Shown: positions 12,361 to 22,535 of the stretch, one piece after another
Numbering within the stretch: the stretch's first letter is position 1
How the letters are laid out: each line of letters opens with the position of its first letter
Assembly (NCBI RefSeq): GCF_006345805.1
Contig: NC_043013.1
Coordinates: 27,838,001 to 27,902,000, forward strand
Length of the DNA stretch: 64,000 nt
From: Octopus sinensis
Lineage: Eukaryota
Reading direction: 5' to 3'
Made by a program: the position numbers and the translations under genes
The notes under the pieces: model-generated
Seen by the model: the letters and a program-made list of their open reading frames with translations, nothing else
Databases searched by the model: none
What the model was told of the DNA's origin: nothing

Positions 12361-12739
12361 ATATTATTGTGTCTGAGGAGAGTCATTCTCTTTTAGTGTC
12401 TTATTAATTTGACACACTCACCGGTCCAATTTCCACTCATTTACTTATTTATTTTTACTAAAATTTTTGTTGTGTCTTGCAACCTTTTTGATAGTCATTG
12501 ACTCTATCCATTCTTGGTATTGTTTTCCAGTGTCTTGATATTCTTGGTATTGTTTTTCAGTGTCCTGGCACCGAAGACCCAAAGAACAGACAAGAGTCAA
12601 GGAGTACTGAAAAGGTTGCAAGATGCAATGACAATTTTAGTAAAAATAAATAAGTAAATGAGTGGAAAACAGACCAGTGAGTGTGTTGAATTAATAAAGC
12701 ACTAAAAGAGAATGATTCTCCCCAGACACAATAAAATAT
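12361..12739. mobile_element. MITE-like element with about 145-bp imperfect inverted arms
   Basis: Arms 12361-12504 and 12594-12739 (for example CACTCATTTACTTATTTATTTTTACTAAAATT versus AATTTTAGTAAAAATAAATAAGTAAATGAGTG). The spacer contains a 30-bp tandem repeat. Confidence 0.8.
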
Positions 12740-13569
12740 GCTTCAACACACGAATTCATATAAAGAATCTTGCAAACCACATACAAAAGCGAAATATATA
12801 TATATATATATGTACCTTTAACACTTCCAGTTAGTCAGTGGTTGATGATATGAGTTACCCACTTGCATTTTCTCTCTCCTCTCTCCTCTCTATTCTTAAA
12901 TATTTTCCTCTCTTCCTTGGACTTCGTATCTGATGAAGGATGATGTCCAAAGCATACTGTCACTCTCTAACTTTTAACTTAACTTTTTTTCTTTCTTAGA
13001 GTGCCAACTTAATAATCTTTTCTATGATAGGCACAAAGCCTAATGCTTGGGGTGGGGCTAAGTTGATTACAGCAACCCCAGTGCACAATTTGAACTTATA
13101 TCAACCCTGAAAGGCAATGCTGACTTTGGTTGAATTTGAACTCAGAACATAAAGGTGGATGAAATACTGCTATGTATTTGGTCTGATGTGCTAATGATTC
13201 TGCCGGTTCACTGCTTTGTGCAAACTTAATATCATTAACTGTGAACACTCTTTACACTTTGTTTTTTTTTGTCATTTGTCTTGCCTTCCATACAATAACA
13301 TGTTTTCATCAATTAATTTTCGTTGTCCATGCTAGTATGTGTTGGACAGTTTGACCGGAGCTGGTAAGCTGCACCAAACTCCAGTCTGACTTGGCATGTT
13401 TTCTAAAGCTGGGTGTCCTTCCTAATGCCCAACCACTTTACAGAGTTTGTTGGGTGCTTTTATGTGGCACTGCTATGAGTGTTTTATACTACCAGAGGGA
13501 CTGATCTTAGCACTTCTGCTGCAGTGTACAGGTCATACACATACAATAACACGCACATATATATATACA

Positions 13570-14880
13570 GAGGAATTCCAGGATGACACTCTGGTGAGAA
13601 GGGACTAGAATGGTGGTTGGTAGAGGGCTTAGCATGAGTGGTGGTGGTGGACACAATACAGGTGATGATCAAAGGAGAGACATGTGTCTAAGGTGGTACA
13701 AGATCAATCTGATCCAAGGTAACTGTTGAAGCAATAGAAAAGGTAAAGAGAGGAGACATCTGAGACAGGATTGTGTTTGTGAGTGACTTCATGCAAATCA
13801 GTTGAATGGCCTTACTCTGGACACTGTCTAAAATGCCTATTGTGTAGCAACACCTTTACATAGGACAGACGTGTCCTCATCTTGTTTGTTGTTATCACGT
13901 TTCAGCTCATTTACTCCCCAGCCTTCATCAGGTGTCCTGGAGGAATTTTGGATCCAACCCTGAGTTTCATTCCTAAGGTATTTTTTGCTGATATTATTAT
14001 TATTATTATTCAAGGCACTGCCTGTAATTGAACTTGGAAACTTGGGGTTAGTAACCCACACTCTTAACCATTATGCTATATGCTCAGGGCTGGGTTCAAA
14101 ATTCCACCAGGACACCTGATGGAGACCGGGGAGGAAATCAGCCGAAACACTGTGGTAACAACAAACAAGATGAGGACACATATCAGTCCAACGTAAATAA
14201 TATACAGAATTCTTCATCTTTAAAATACAGAACAGTAACAACATCTTGCTTCACATTTGGGAACAGTATTCCAGTGTAAATCTCATCTGGGTTTAGTAGA
14301 CGGGTTAATAGTTACATTAAAGGTTGAAGTACTTTCTGGTTCTCAACAAGAAAGCCAATCTTTGTGATGCAATACTTGCTACATTTGAGATAGTGGATGA
14401 GGTTTAGCATTTGAAGTGATTGCAAAGGTCCCAATTGAGTGCCATTCATGTTTAGTCTGAGTGCAGTGCGGTAGGATAATTTCTTATTTATTTATTTTCT
14501 TTATTTGTGACTCTACTTTTGCTGCAAAAGAAGATAAAATTGATGATCACATTGGAGGAGGTTTATAAGATCCATGTTAATAGAATCAGTACAGACTTGG
14601 TGTAAGGTGTTTACACTGCAGATGGACACTTAGATGCAGAAAGTTAGTGCGAGTCATGAATGTCATGAAGGTGGCAACATCTAGGTCATCAATGTATAAG
14701 AGGAAGAGCATAAAAGGCAAAACTAAAGCCTACACCAGGATTGATAGAATGTGTGTTAAAGAAAGACCTCCATCAGTGCATACTGTGATATGACAAGAAG
14801 CAAGTGATCCACAAAAAAATTTTTTTCCAAGATTTTAGATCCAGACAGTCAGAAAGTTTGTTGATGATGAAAGCAAGAAT
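13570..14880 (-). mobile_element. CR1/L2-like LINE reverse-transcriptase remnant, interrupted by the hammerhead element at 13856-14237
   Basis: Broken minus-strand frames give ..FMLFLLYIDDL (RT domain 5 region, ~14690-14720), LEYCSQ (~14255-14275) and LDSVQSKAIQLI (~13800-13835). These are in the order expected for a CR1-like ORF2, with many stops and frameshifts. Confidence 0.7.
13856..14237. mobile_element. Older, asymmetric copy of the tRNA-head/hammerhead-tail inverted element, inserted into a CR1-like LINE remnant
   Basis: The minus arm has head GAGCATA-TAGCATAATGG (A box 14078-14068), a decayed B box (14033-14024) and CTGATGA A GGCT..AGCT GAAAC GT. The plus arm (from ~14086) is 5'-truncated, has CTGATGG..AGCC GAAAC (14116-14148), and ends in the same 3' terminus as the 38.2 kb copy. 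The flanks are decayed direct repeats gtagcaacacct (13844-13855) and gtaacaacatct (14235-14246). Confidence 0.7.
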
Positions 14881-14984
14881 ACAGTGTTCATCAAGTTTCT
14901 CAAGGAGAAGAGCTTGCTGGAGGGTGACTTAGGAAGCAGCCTTTGCAGTTTAGATGAAAGTTTATATATATATATATATATTCA

Positions 14985-15182
14985 AAATGTGACCACGTGT
15001 ATACCGTTGGCGATTTTTTTTTCTGTCTTCCCTTCTCAGGATATTTCCTTCTCCTATGTTTCCGATGAAGAGCTCCGCTCGAAACGTTAAACCCTCCTTC
15101 TTTCCTGAGCGTCCAATAATACTATATTTGTTCCACGTCCTCGCGTTGTTGTGTTTTTTTGTGCTTTCTTGTTTGGATTAAC
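14985..15182 (+). mobile_element. Solo ~200 bp Penelope-like pLTR fragment with a minimal hammerhead motif (15058-15092), inserted in (TA)n
   Basis: GTTT CCGATGA A GAGC TCC GCTC GAAAC GT T AAAC gives stem I GTTT/AAAC, stem II GAGC/GCTC and palindromic ACGT. The core has C instead of U at position 4. The segment is CpG-rich and bounded by TA runs on both sides. Confidence 0.6.
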
Positions 15183-15252
15183 TATATATATATATATATA
15201 TGTCAGTAAATCATAAATCCAAAAGTGAAGCACACGATAAGTTAGAGTACTT

Positions 15253-15445
15253 AGATAAAGATAGTTATGGTTGGTTCATAGGGTTACCCAATGTTTTGCT
15301 TCCATCAAGCACTTGGCTTAACACACGTCTTGTCAGACCCTAATGGCCAGTCATTTAGGGTCTGACAAGACATATGTGAAGCCAAGTGCTTTATGGACAT
15401 GAAACCCAGGGTAACCCTATGAACTGGCCATAACTATCTTTATCT
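15253..15445. mobile_element. MITE-like fold-back element (about 90-bp arms, 11-nt loop)
   Basis: AGATAAAGATAGTTATGG..GTTCATAGGGTTACCC..AAGCACTTGGCTT..GTCTTGTCAGACCCTAA is mirrored by TTAGGGTCTGACAAGAC..AAGCCAAGTGCTT..GGGTAACCCTATGAAC..CCATAACTATCTTTATCT. Confidence 0.85.
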
Positions 15446-15479
15446 TCATCTATCTATCTATATATATATATATATACAA

Positions 15480-15808
15480 GATCCAATCTCTTTTGCATTG
15501 TTGCTGCTTGTGTGCCTGAATGACTCTCAGAGCTATGCCAACTGATTGCAAGCTTTGCAAGCTACTGTTAGGGCCTTTTCCATGCTGGGCAAGTGAATAT
15601 GGACCACCTCATTCCAGAAGTAAAAATAGATTTGTGTAGGACCAATATCCCTATCTAGAAAAGAAAGCAAAATTAGAGAAACAGTGACAAAAATTCTAAA
15701 ACCAATATAACCCAGGTGAGAAAGGGCTTCTCTCAAGAAAGACAGCTCAGAGTTGAGAACAGTGTAGAAAATTCATTGATGGCCTATGCACCTTAGGGAG
15801 CAAAGGGC
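15480..15808 (+). mobile_element. Second, more degraded copy of the short RTE-like element
   Basis: GTGAATATGGACCACCTCATTCCAGAAGTAAAAATAG and ..GATGGCCTATGCACC align by eye with 49555-49600 and 49905-49925. Confidence 0.45.
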
Positions 15809-18181
15809 TTAATTAATATATATAAAGAGAGAGAGAGAGAGAGAGAGAAGGATAGGGTATTAACTGCTAATGTTACAGTCCGTTCTCCTTCTTTCACCAC
15901 TACAGTCTTCATTTTTCTGTTAGAAGTCTTATGGCATATACAGTCTATTCTTATTGTTTTTGTGATTGCTATCATTGCATGAAGTAAATGTAATGATGGG
16001 TGAAAACCAAAACCAACAAACTGTTGTTTATAAGTTCACCTTAGTTTGGGATTGAATATCTACAACAGTGCTAGAAACATTTGATTATATATATATATAT
16101 ATACATATACATAATCTAAACATGTACACATTTTGTTTCTGGATCATAGTGCTTCTTTTTAAATGTTTTATTTTGCATATGTGTTTGTGTGTGTGCATGC
16201 ACATATGCAACTGAATGTCTGTATACACAGACACACACATACACACTCCCGTATGTAGATGTATTGTCTAACCCTGAGTCACCTTTTATCTAATGTAATT
16301 TTGTTGTACACAGCACCCAGAGTTCTTCCATGTATTTTCTCTTACTCTTCTTCTACCTCTTTTACTTGTTCAAGCCTGTAGACTGTGGCCATGCCAGGGC
16401 ACTGCCATTATAATCTAATCTATCTATTTTCTATAAACAAATATGAATATATAAAATAAAACACATTTACACACACACATTTGCAAACATATACAGGTCT
16501 TGTAGAACAGAAAAAAAACAAACACAAAAATGCAAAGAAACAATTCAAAACAAAAATGACTAAATTTTTAACATTAAGATATTTACCAAAATACATAATT
16601 CAATAAAGAAGAAACTGATTTTTTTTTAAAAATCACAAAAATGGAGAACTTGGAAAACAGCTATGCTTAAAATAATACAATTTTCAGGAAACCATTCTCA
16701 ATAACAATAAAGTCAAAACAGTCTATTTTTGAAATTCTTTCTTTATCTTTAACCCTGTCGTGCTGTATTCTTGCTAAAGTGAGAATAGGTTAAAGATCAT
16801 CTTCAGCCAGATTCCAAGTAAAATGGAATTTTACTACAACATGTAGTAAAAGAAGATGCAGCTAATTCTATCCATTTGTTTGTCTGAAATCATTTCTCTT
16901 GAGCTGTATGTGTAACTATTCATCTTTTTATTCAGGAGCCCAGGTGAAGGGTAAAGTTAGACATAGGGGATTAGGTCTGAGAGGGCTAAATCAGGAGGTA
17001 AGGGAGAGCTTATGACCCTTTAGGGGACTTTTGAGGTCGAAGGTAGGATGAATGGAGGTATCCTTAAACCAGAAACCTGGTTTAAGTACTTGGAGTAGGG
17101 AGAATTCTGCCAAAGGTACCCAAGATACTATGCAATGGTGTTAACCCTTTTATTACCATATTTCTACTGAAATAACACTGTGTTTGGTTCAATTAAGTTT
17201 GAAAATAATGACAAATTCAGTAAAATATTCTCGTCATCATTTAAGTTGGAGTTTGGGACATAAATTAACATGAAATCTTGATGGAAGGTTTTAATTTTGA
17301 TCACATTAGACATAAAATTTGCATCACAGAACCGGGGGCATTCTTAGGTGGGTTAAACTAAGTGAAGGTTTAAATCAACTACCTTTTTAACCATTTTGTG
17401 GTCATAGTTCTCATCAAATACACAGTCGACATGTTTCAATTAATTAGTGGAGGTAATCAACTATATATTGGCTCCTAACAACTTATTTTGCTGAATGTGG
17501 AAGGAAGAAATCCGGAGAGATTTCAGTATGATTTGAACCTGGAACTAAATAAATGACTCAAAACCACAATATATTTTGTTCGATGTTCTACCAATTTTGT
17601 CATTCATATGTAGGTGAAGGAAGTAATATAACATGATATAATAATGGTTTCTGACTTGGGAAAAAGCCCAGGAACTTTTTGAGGGAGTGACGGTTAGTTG
17701 ATTACATCAACCTCAGTATTTGACAGACACTTTAAATTGTGGACCCTGAAAGAATGAAAAACAGTGTTAACCTTAGCAGGATTTGAACTCGGAATGTAAA
17801 TAGCTGGAAGAAATACTACTAGGTGTCAAAAAGCTGTAACAATTATCTAAGCTTGTCAATAATAATACTTGAAATGACAAGAGAGTTTATTGCTAATCTT
17901 CTTGGTTGGGTACACAATTCTAGGTCAAAAAGTCAGAGGTCTTATTTTGTTATAGTCACTGTGTCTAGAAGCAATAACTCTAAGATATATATTACTTTGA
18001 ATGAAATAACATAATGGTTAACCAATGCTTAGAACTTCATGTAGATCCATGTATATCCAAAGTCCAGTCAAGTATCAAACATATTTTGTTGTGTAATTTT
18101 CTATTATATACTTTTGTGTAATGCATTGATATCTGACAGCACAATGAAACAGAGGAGTTAGTCTATCTTTTTATTATGTCA

Positions 18182-18493
18182 TCATAAATCACATGTGTTT
18201 CACTAATGAAAACTAGTATGTAGTGTGAGAGTTATACAAGCAATTGCATAATCACATTAAGAGCTTCCGAAAAATTTAGTAACTTAACCCATTCTTCTCT
18301 ACCAGCATTGACTGGTTAACAGCACTAAGGACTGTTCTTACTTAGCACAGTTAACTAACTGATGCTAATAAATAATAGTAGATTAAATTATAAAATTTTT
18401 CTGAAGATCTGAATGTTATGTAGCAATCATCTGTATAATGATTATTGCATGACATACTAGTTTTGGCTAGTGAAACACACGTAAAGATTATGA
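18182..18493. repeat. Old, diverged fold-back element (about 315 bp)
   Basis: GTGTTTCACTA..AAAACTAGTATGT is mirrored by ACATACTAGTTTT..TAGTGAAACAC. The central GTTAAC..CTAAG..CTTAG..GTTAAC is an imperfect palindrome. Confidence 0.65.
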
Positions 18494-18977
18494 AATTTAC
18501 GATAATTAAAAGATAAACAAATTCTCCTGTTTTATTCTATTCTCTGAAATGTATGTGTGTATAAAATAATAAAAATAATAATAATAATAAGTATTATTAT
18601 TATTTAAAACAGTTTGATTCAGCCCCACATGGCTTAAAGTTTTGTAGGCTTGAGATGCAGGAAATCCAAGATGGTTACTGGAAACCGGGCTGCTATTGGT
18701 CAAGATGGGTGACATGGTGTTATTAGAAGTGAGATTGACATTCCAGCAACACCCAATGCATTAAAAAGAAGAAATTTTTTGGACTGGATGGCTGCACAAG
18801 AAGTTGGTGGCATTTACCTGTCTGTCCACTCACCCATATATATATATATTATATTAAATTAGAGATAAAACCACTATTAGGCAAATCATACAATGAAAAA
18901 CTTAAGCCAATACATAAGATTAATTAATTTATATTATTTAAATATATATCAAAATTATTAAAAAAGATAATTAGTAT

Positions 18978-19045
18978 AACACTACGATCGTTTCATGGCT
19001 GTCCAATTCTTAAAATTTCGAGTTACAGTCATTCTTCAGGTGGTT
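18978..19045 (-). ncRNA. Mirror copy of the 19091-19158 hammerhead on the minus strand
   Basis: Exact reverse complement of the plus-strand motif, within the left arm of the perfect palindrome. Confidence 0.7.
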
Positions 19046-19090
19046 TAAATATTTAACTTAGCGAGGTTTAATCGCTAAGTTAAATATTTA

Positions 19091-19158
19091 AACCACCTGA
19101 AGAATGACTGTAACTCGAAATTTTAAGAATTGGACAGCCATGAAACGATCGTAGTGTT
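19091..19158 (+). ncRNA. Putative minimal type-I hammerhead ribozyme with palindromic helix III
   Basis: AACCAC CTGAAGA ATGACTGT..ACAGCCAT GAAAC GATC GT A GTGTT. The core CUGAAGA/GAAA is canonical, stem II pairs 7 of 8, helix III is ACGATCGT (self-complementary), and the cleavage triplet GUA predicts a cut after 19153. Stem I is CAC/GTG plus a bulged extension. Confidence 0.7.
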
Positions 19159-20846
19159 ATACTAATTATCTTTTTTAATAATTTTGATATATATTTAAAT
19201 AATATAAATTAATTAATCTTATGTATTGGCTTAAGTTTTTCATTGTATGATTTGCCTAATAGTGGTTTTATCTCTAATTTAATATAATATAATATTTTAC
19301 TATAAAATTGGATTCAATCCTAAATCTGATTTTTCCCTGTAAGTTTGGATTTATTATATATATATAATATACACACACACAAATACCAACCAAATACTGA
19401 ATTTGTCTTATAGATTATACTCCCCAATTGATTTTGAGGTCTTACTCCAACATTAGGAATCAATAATTAATCAAATGAGACTTTGACAATAGAACCCAAG
19501 CAGCAATGACTTTCTTTTTCTCTTTTTTTCAGACTCACTGATTCTCTGATGAAGTGCAAAGTTTGAAACATTAAACCTTAGCTCCTGCATGGCAAATAAA
19601 CTTATCAAACTCTTCCTTTTTGGGAAAGGCTCACCATCATTATCATCTTCTCATCTCCATTCAACTCCCACTCTTCCAGTGCTTGTATGGATCAAATGGA
19701 ATTCGTTGAAGCACATATCTAGCTGGATGCCTTTCCTGTCACCAACTCTCAACTGTTTTACAAGCAAGGTAATGTTTCTCCAAGGTTGGATATGCTTTCA
19801 AAGAAGATAATAAATAAAGGATACTGCTTGTATGACTGTGACACTTGCTTACATCTATTGCATGATATCAAGACAAAGACACACACTTTTTACAGTTTCC
19901 ATAAACCAAATCCACTTATATGGTCAACCTTGGGCTATCGTAGAAGACTGCAGTGCAGTGCCAACTTCTATTGTAGCACAATCTCAAGCACCACAAAGTG
20001 CTGCACAATGGATTCGGGGCTTAAGTCTTTCAGGGATAAGATAGATAGGCCAAAAAAAAAAAAACTCTAGAAGGGCAAAAATTTATAACAAAAATTTGTA
20101 CTCTTGTTTTTTTGTCGACTGACTTTTGGCACAAAATGGATCCAACTGAATAAATATTCCATTTGTGTCACAGAAATTGCTGCCAGGTGTAAGGATAGCT
20201 TCTGATTGGCTGATTGATGAAGTGGTACATTTTCTGAGCTACCAACCATATAGCGAAAAGAATTTTAAGTTTCGGTATGAATTATATATCACTGCTCATT
20301 AAAGTGATATAAGTAAGGAGTACTTTATTTGTGTCACCCAGCTTGAAAGAGTTAAACCATGTAGCTGGAAAACAAACTTTAACCACAAAGCCTTGTTTGT
20401 GCCTAGTTATGATAATTGTTAGATAAATGATGGTCTGACCCTACATGAATTGGATTCGAAATAATAAAACAAGACTAATATTTGTTGTATTATTTGTCTA
20501 TTCTGAGATGAACTAGAGGTTAACATTTTTTGAAGCAAAACCCACACTGGAGAAACAGCTGTGCATACTCTTCTGTATTTAACTCTCAAAAAAGCTCAGT
20601 CCACTTAGCTGCAAATAGATACCACAGAAATAAAAATAGATTCTTGTTGTTGTTATTGTTGTTCTTGTTTTAGTCCCAGATCAGGCTTGATTGAAAGAGA
20701 AATTTGGATAAAGTCTGTTAAACAAAGAGAGAGATAACAATATAATACAAAATCAGTTCTTTGACCAGGAAATCACAGCTTGCTATCTATCAACATTGAC
20801 AGAAGGAATGAGAGAACACAGAAGGAAATCAATCATTTATATTCAT

Positions 20847-20920
<74 letters not shown>

Positions 20921-21873
20921 ATATATGTATGTATATACGTATGTATGATCAACGGCATTAACATCATCTTTATTATCATCATCAACGTCGTCAAGGTTAT
21001 TGTCTTATCATTTTACTATTATTTACATATTTTTTTTTTACTTCCTCTTTCCTATAAGTAAAAAAAAGGAAAGATAGATGGATTGATAGATAGATAGATA
21101 GAGAGAGAGAGAGACAGAAGAAGAAGAAGAAGAAGAAGAAGAAGAAGAAGAAGAAGAAGAAGAAGAAACAGAAGTTATAAGCAGAGAATGAAACAGTACG
21201 AAAGAGGTTTGGTGATAATCTGTACACACTATATATGCAATGATTTTATTTAGGTTATGTCTATTTTTTATTCTCTTCACACACACATGCACACATACAC
21301 ACGTGTACATATATATATACACACACACACACACACAAATATATATTATATACATATATATATATATGAATGTGTGTAGTATCCGAAGGGTAAAATTAAA
21401 CCTGTATAAAGAATACACACACACACACGCACACTAACAAACACACAAACTAACTCATATATACATATATACACAGTAGAATTTACAGTGTTTAAAATAC
21501 AACAATAGGTATCTTCTAGATAAATTAAAAATTCTGGGCAAAATACCACAACGCCATTACAAAAGACCAAATTCCTGTAGAGAATGGTAAAAGGGTTAGA
21601 TCTCCATATATATATATATGTTTATATATATATATACACACATAACAACTCATAATTACACATAAAATGCAAATACATAAAAAAATTAAAAACTTTAATC
21701 ATTTATAAGCTTTAAATTTTTATACAATTATTCTTGGCACACACACACACACGTATATATAAATTTGTAAGAATAAGTATATTTGTGTGTGTATGTATAT
21801 ATATATATATATATATACATACCTACATATATATATAAATGAACATGTGTATGTATTTATGTATGTGTGTTTT

Positions 21874-21911
<38 letters not shown>

Positions 21912-22309
21912 CATACATAAGCACATACATGTGTGAATATATATAAATATATATATGTATATATATGTGTGTACATAAATATAATATAATAAGGGCCCTA
22001 TTTATAAATTCCTTACATACATACATATGTATATATGATTATATCTGTGAGCGTTAGTGAGTAGATGTCGGTGTGGGGGTGTTAGTGAGTGGGATTATGT
22101 TAATGTAGATTTGTGTGCACACAAAAATCATTAATATAAAACATACAAATAGGTATGAGAATTCAAAACCTTACACTGTGTTCTGGTAGCCTTTAATGAA
22201 ACCCTTTGCGGTTCTGTTCTGTCCATAAACAAAGCCATTTATTGCATCTGGGAGCAATTATTGTAATATACAGGTACATATGTGTATGTGTCTATGTGTG
22301 CATAATATA

Positions 22310-22334
22310 TTATATATATATATGTGTATATATA

Positions 22335-22387
<53 letters not shown>

Positions 22388-22417
22388 TATATATATGCAT
22401 GTGTATGTCTACACATA

Positions 22418-22477
<60 letters not shown>

Positions 22478-22535
22478 CACATACATACTACTTCTGTCAG
22501 TTTTTATGTGTGTGTGTGTGTGTGTGTGTGTGTTT
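22310..22535. repeat. Long compound (TA)n/(TG)n microsatellite (representative of dozens in the window)
   Basis: Directly visible. Similar arrays lie at 7212-7280, 20845-20930, 24215-24312, 29110-29200, 43015-43110, 56878-56950 and 60515-60570. Confidence 0.98.

Larger units (their letters stand above)
18845..19291. repeat. Perfect inverted repeat (220-bp arms, 7-nt loop) of a Penelope-like pLTR fragment, flanked by (TA)n
   Basis: Arms 18845-19064 and 19072-19291 were compared base by base and are exact reverse complements. The loop is GGTTTAA. The right arm continues into a unique ~65 bp tail before a TA run. Confidence 0.95.

Noticed and set aside
16936-16997. Possible plus-strand 62-nt exon with good acceptor and GTAAGG donor (AQVKGKVRHRGLGLRGLNQE)
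   Set aside because: No recognisable protein, no phase-compatible partner exon identified, and the surrounding sequence looks like an antisense LINE remnant. It needs RNA-seq evidence.
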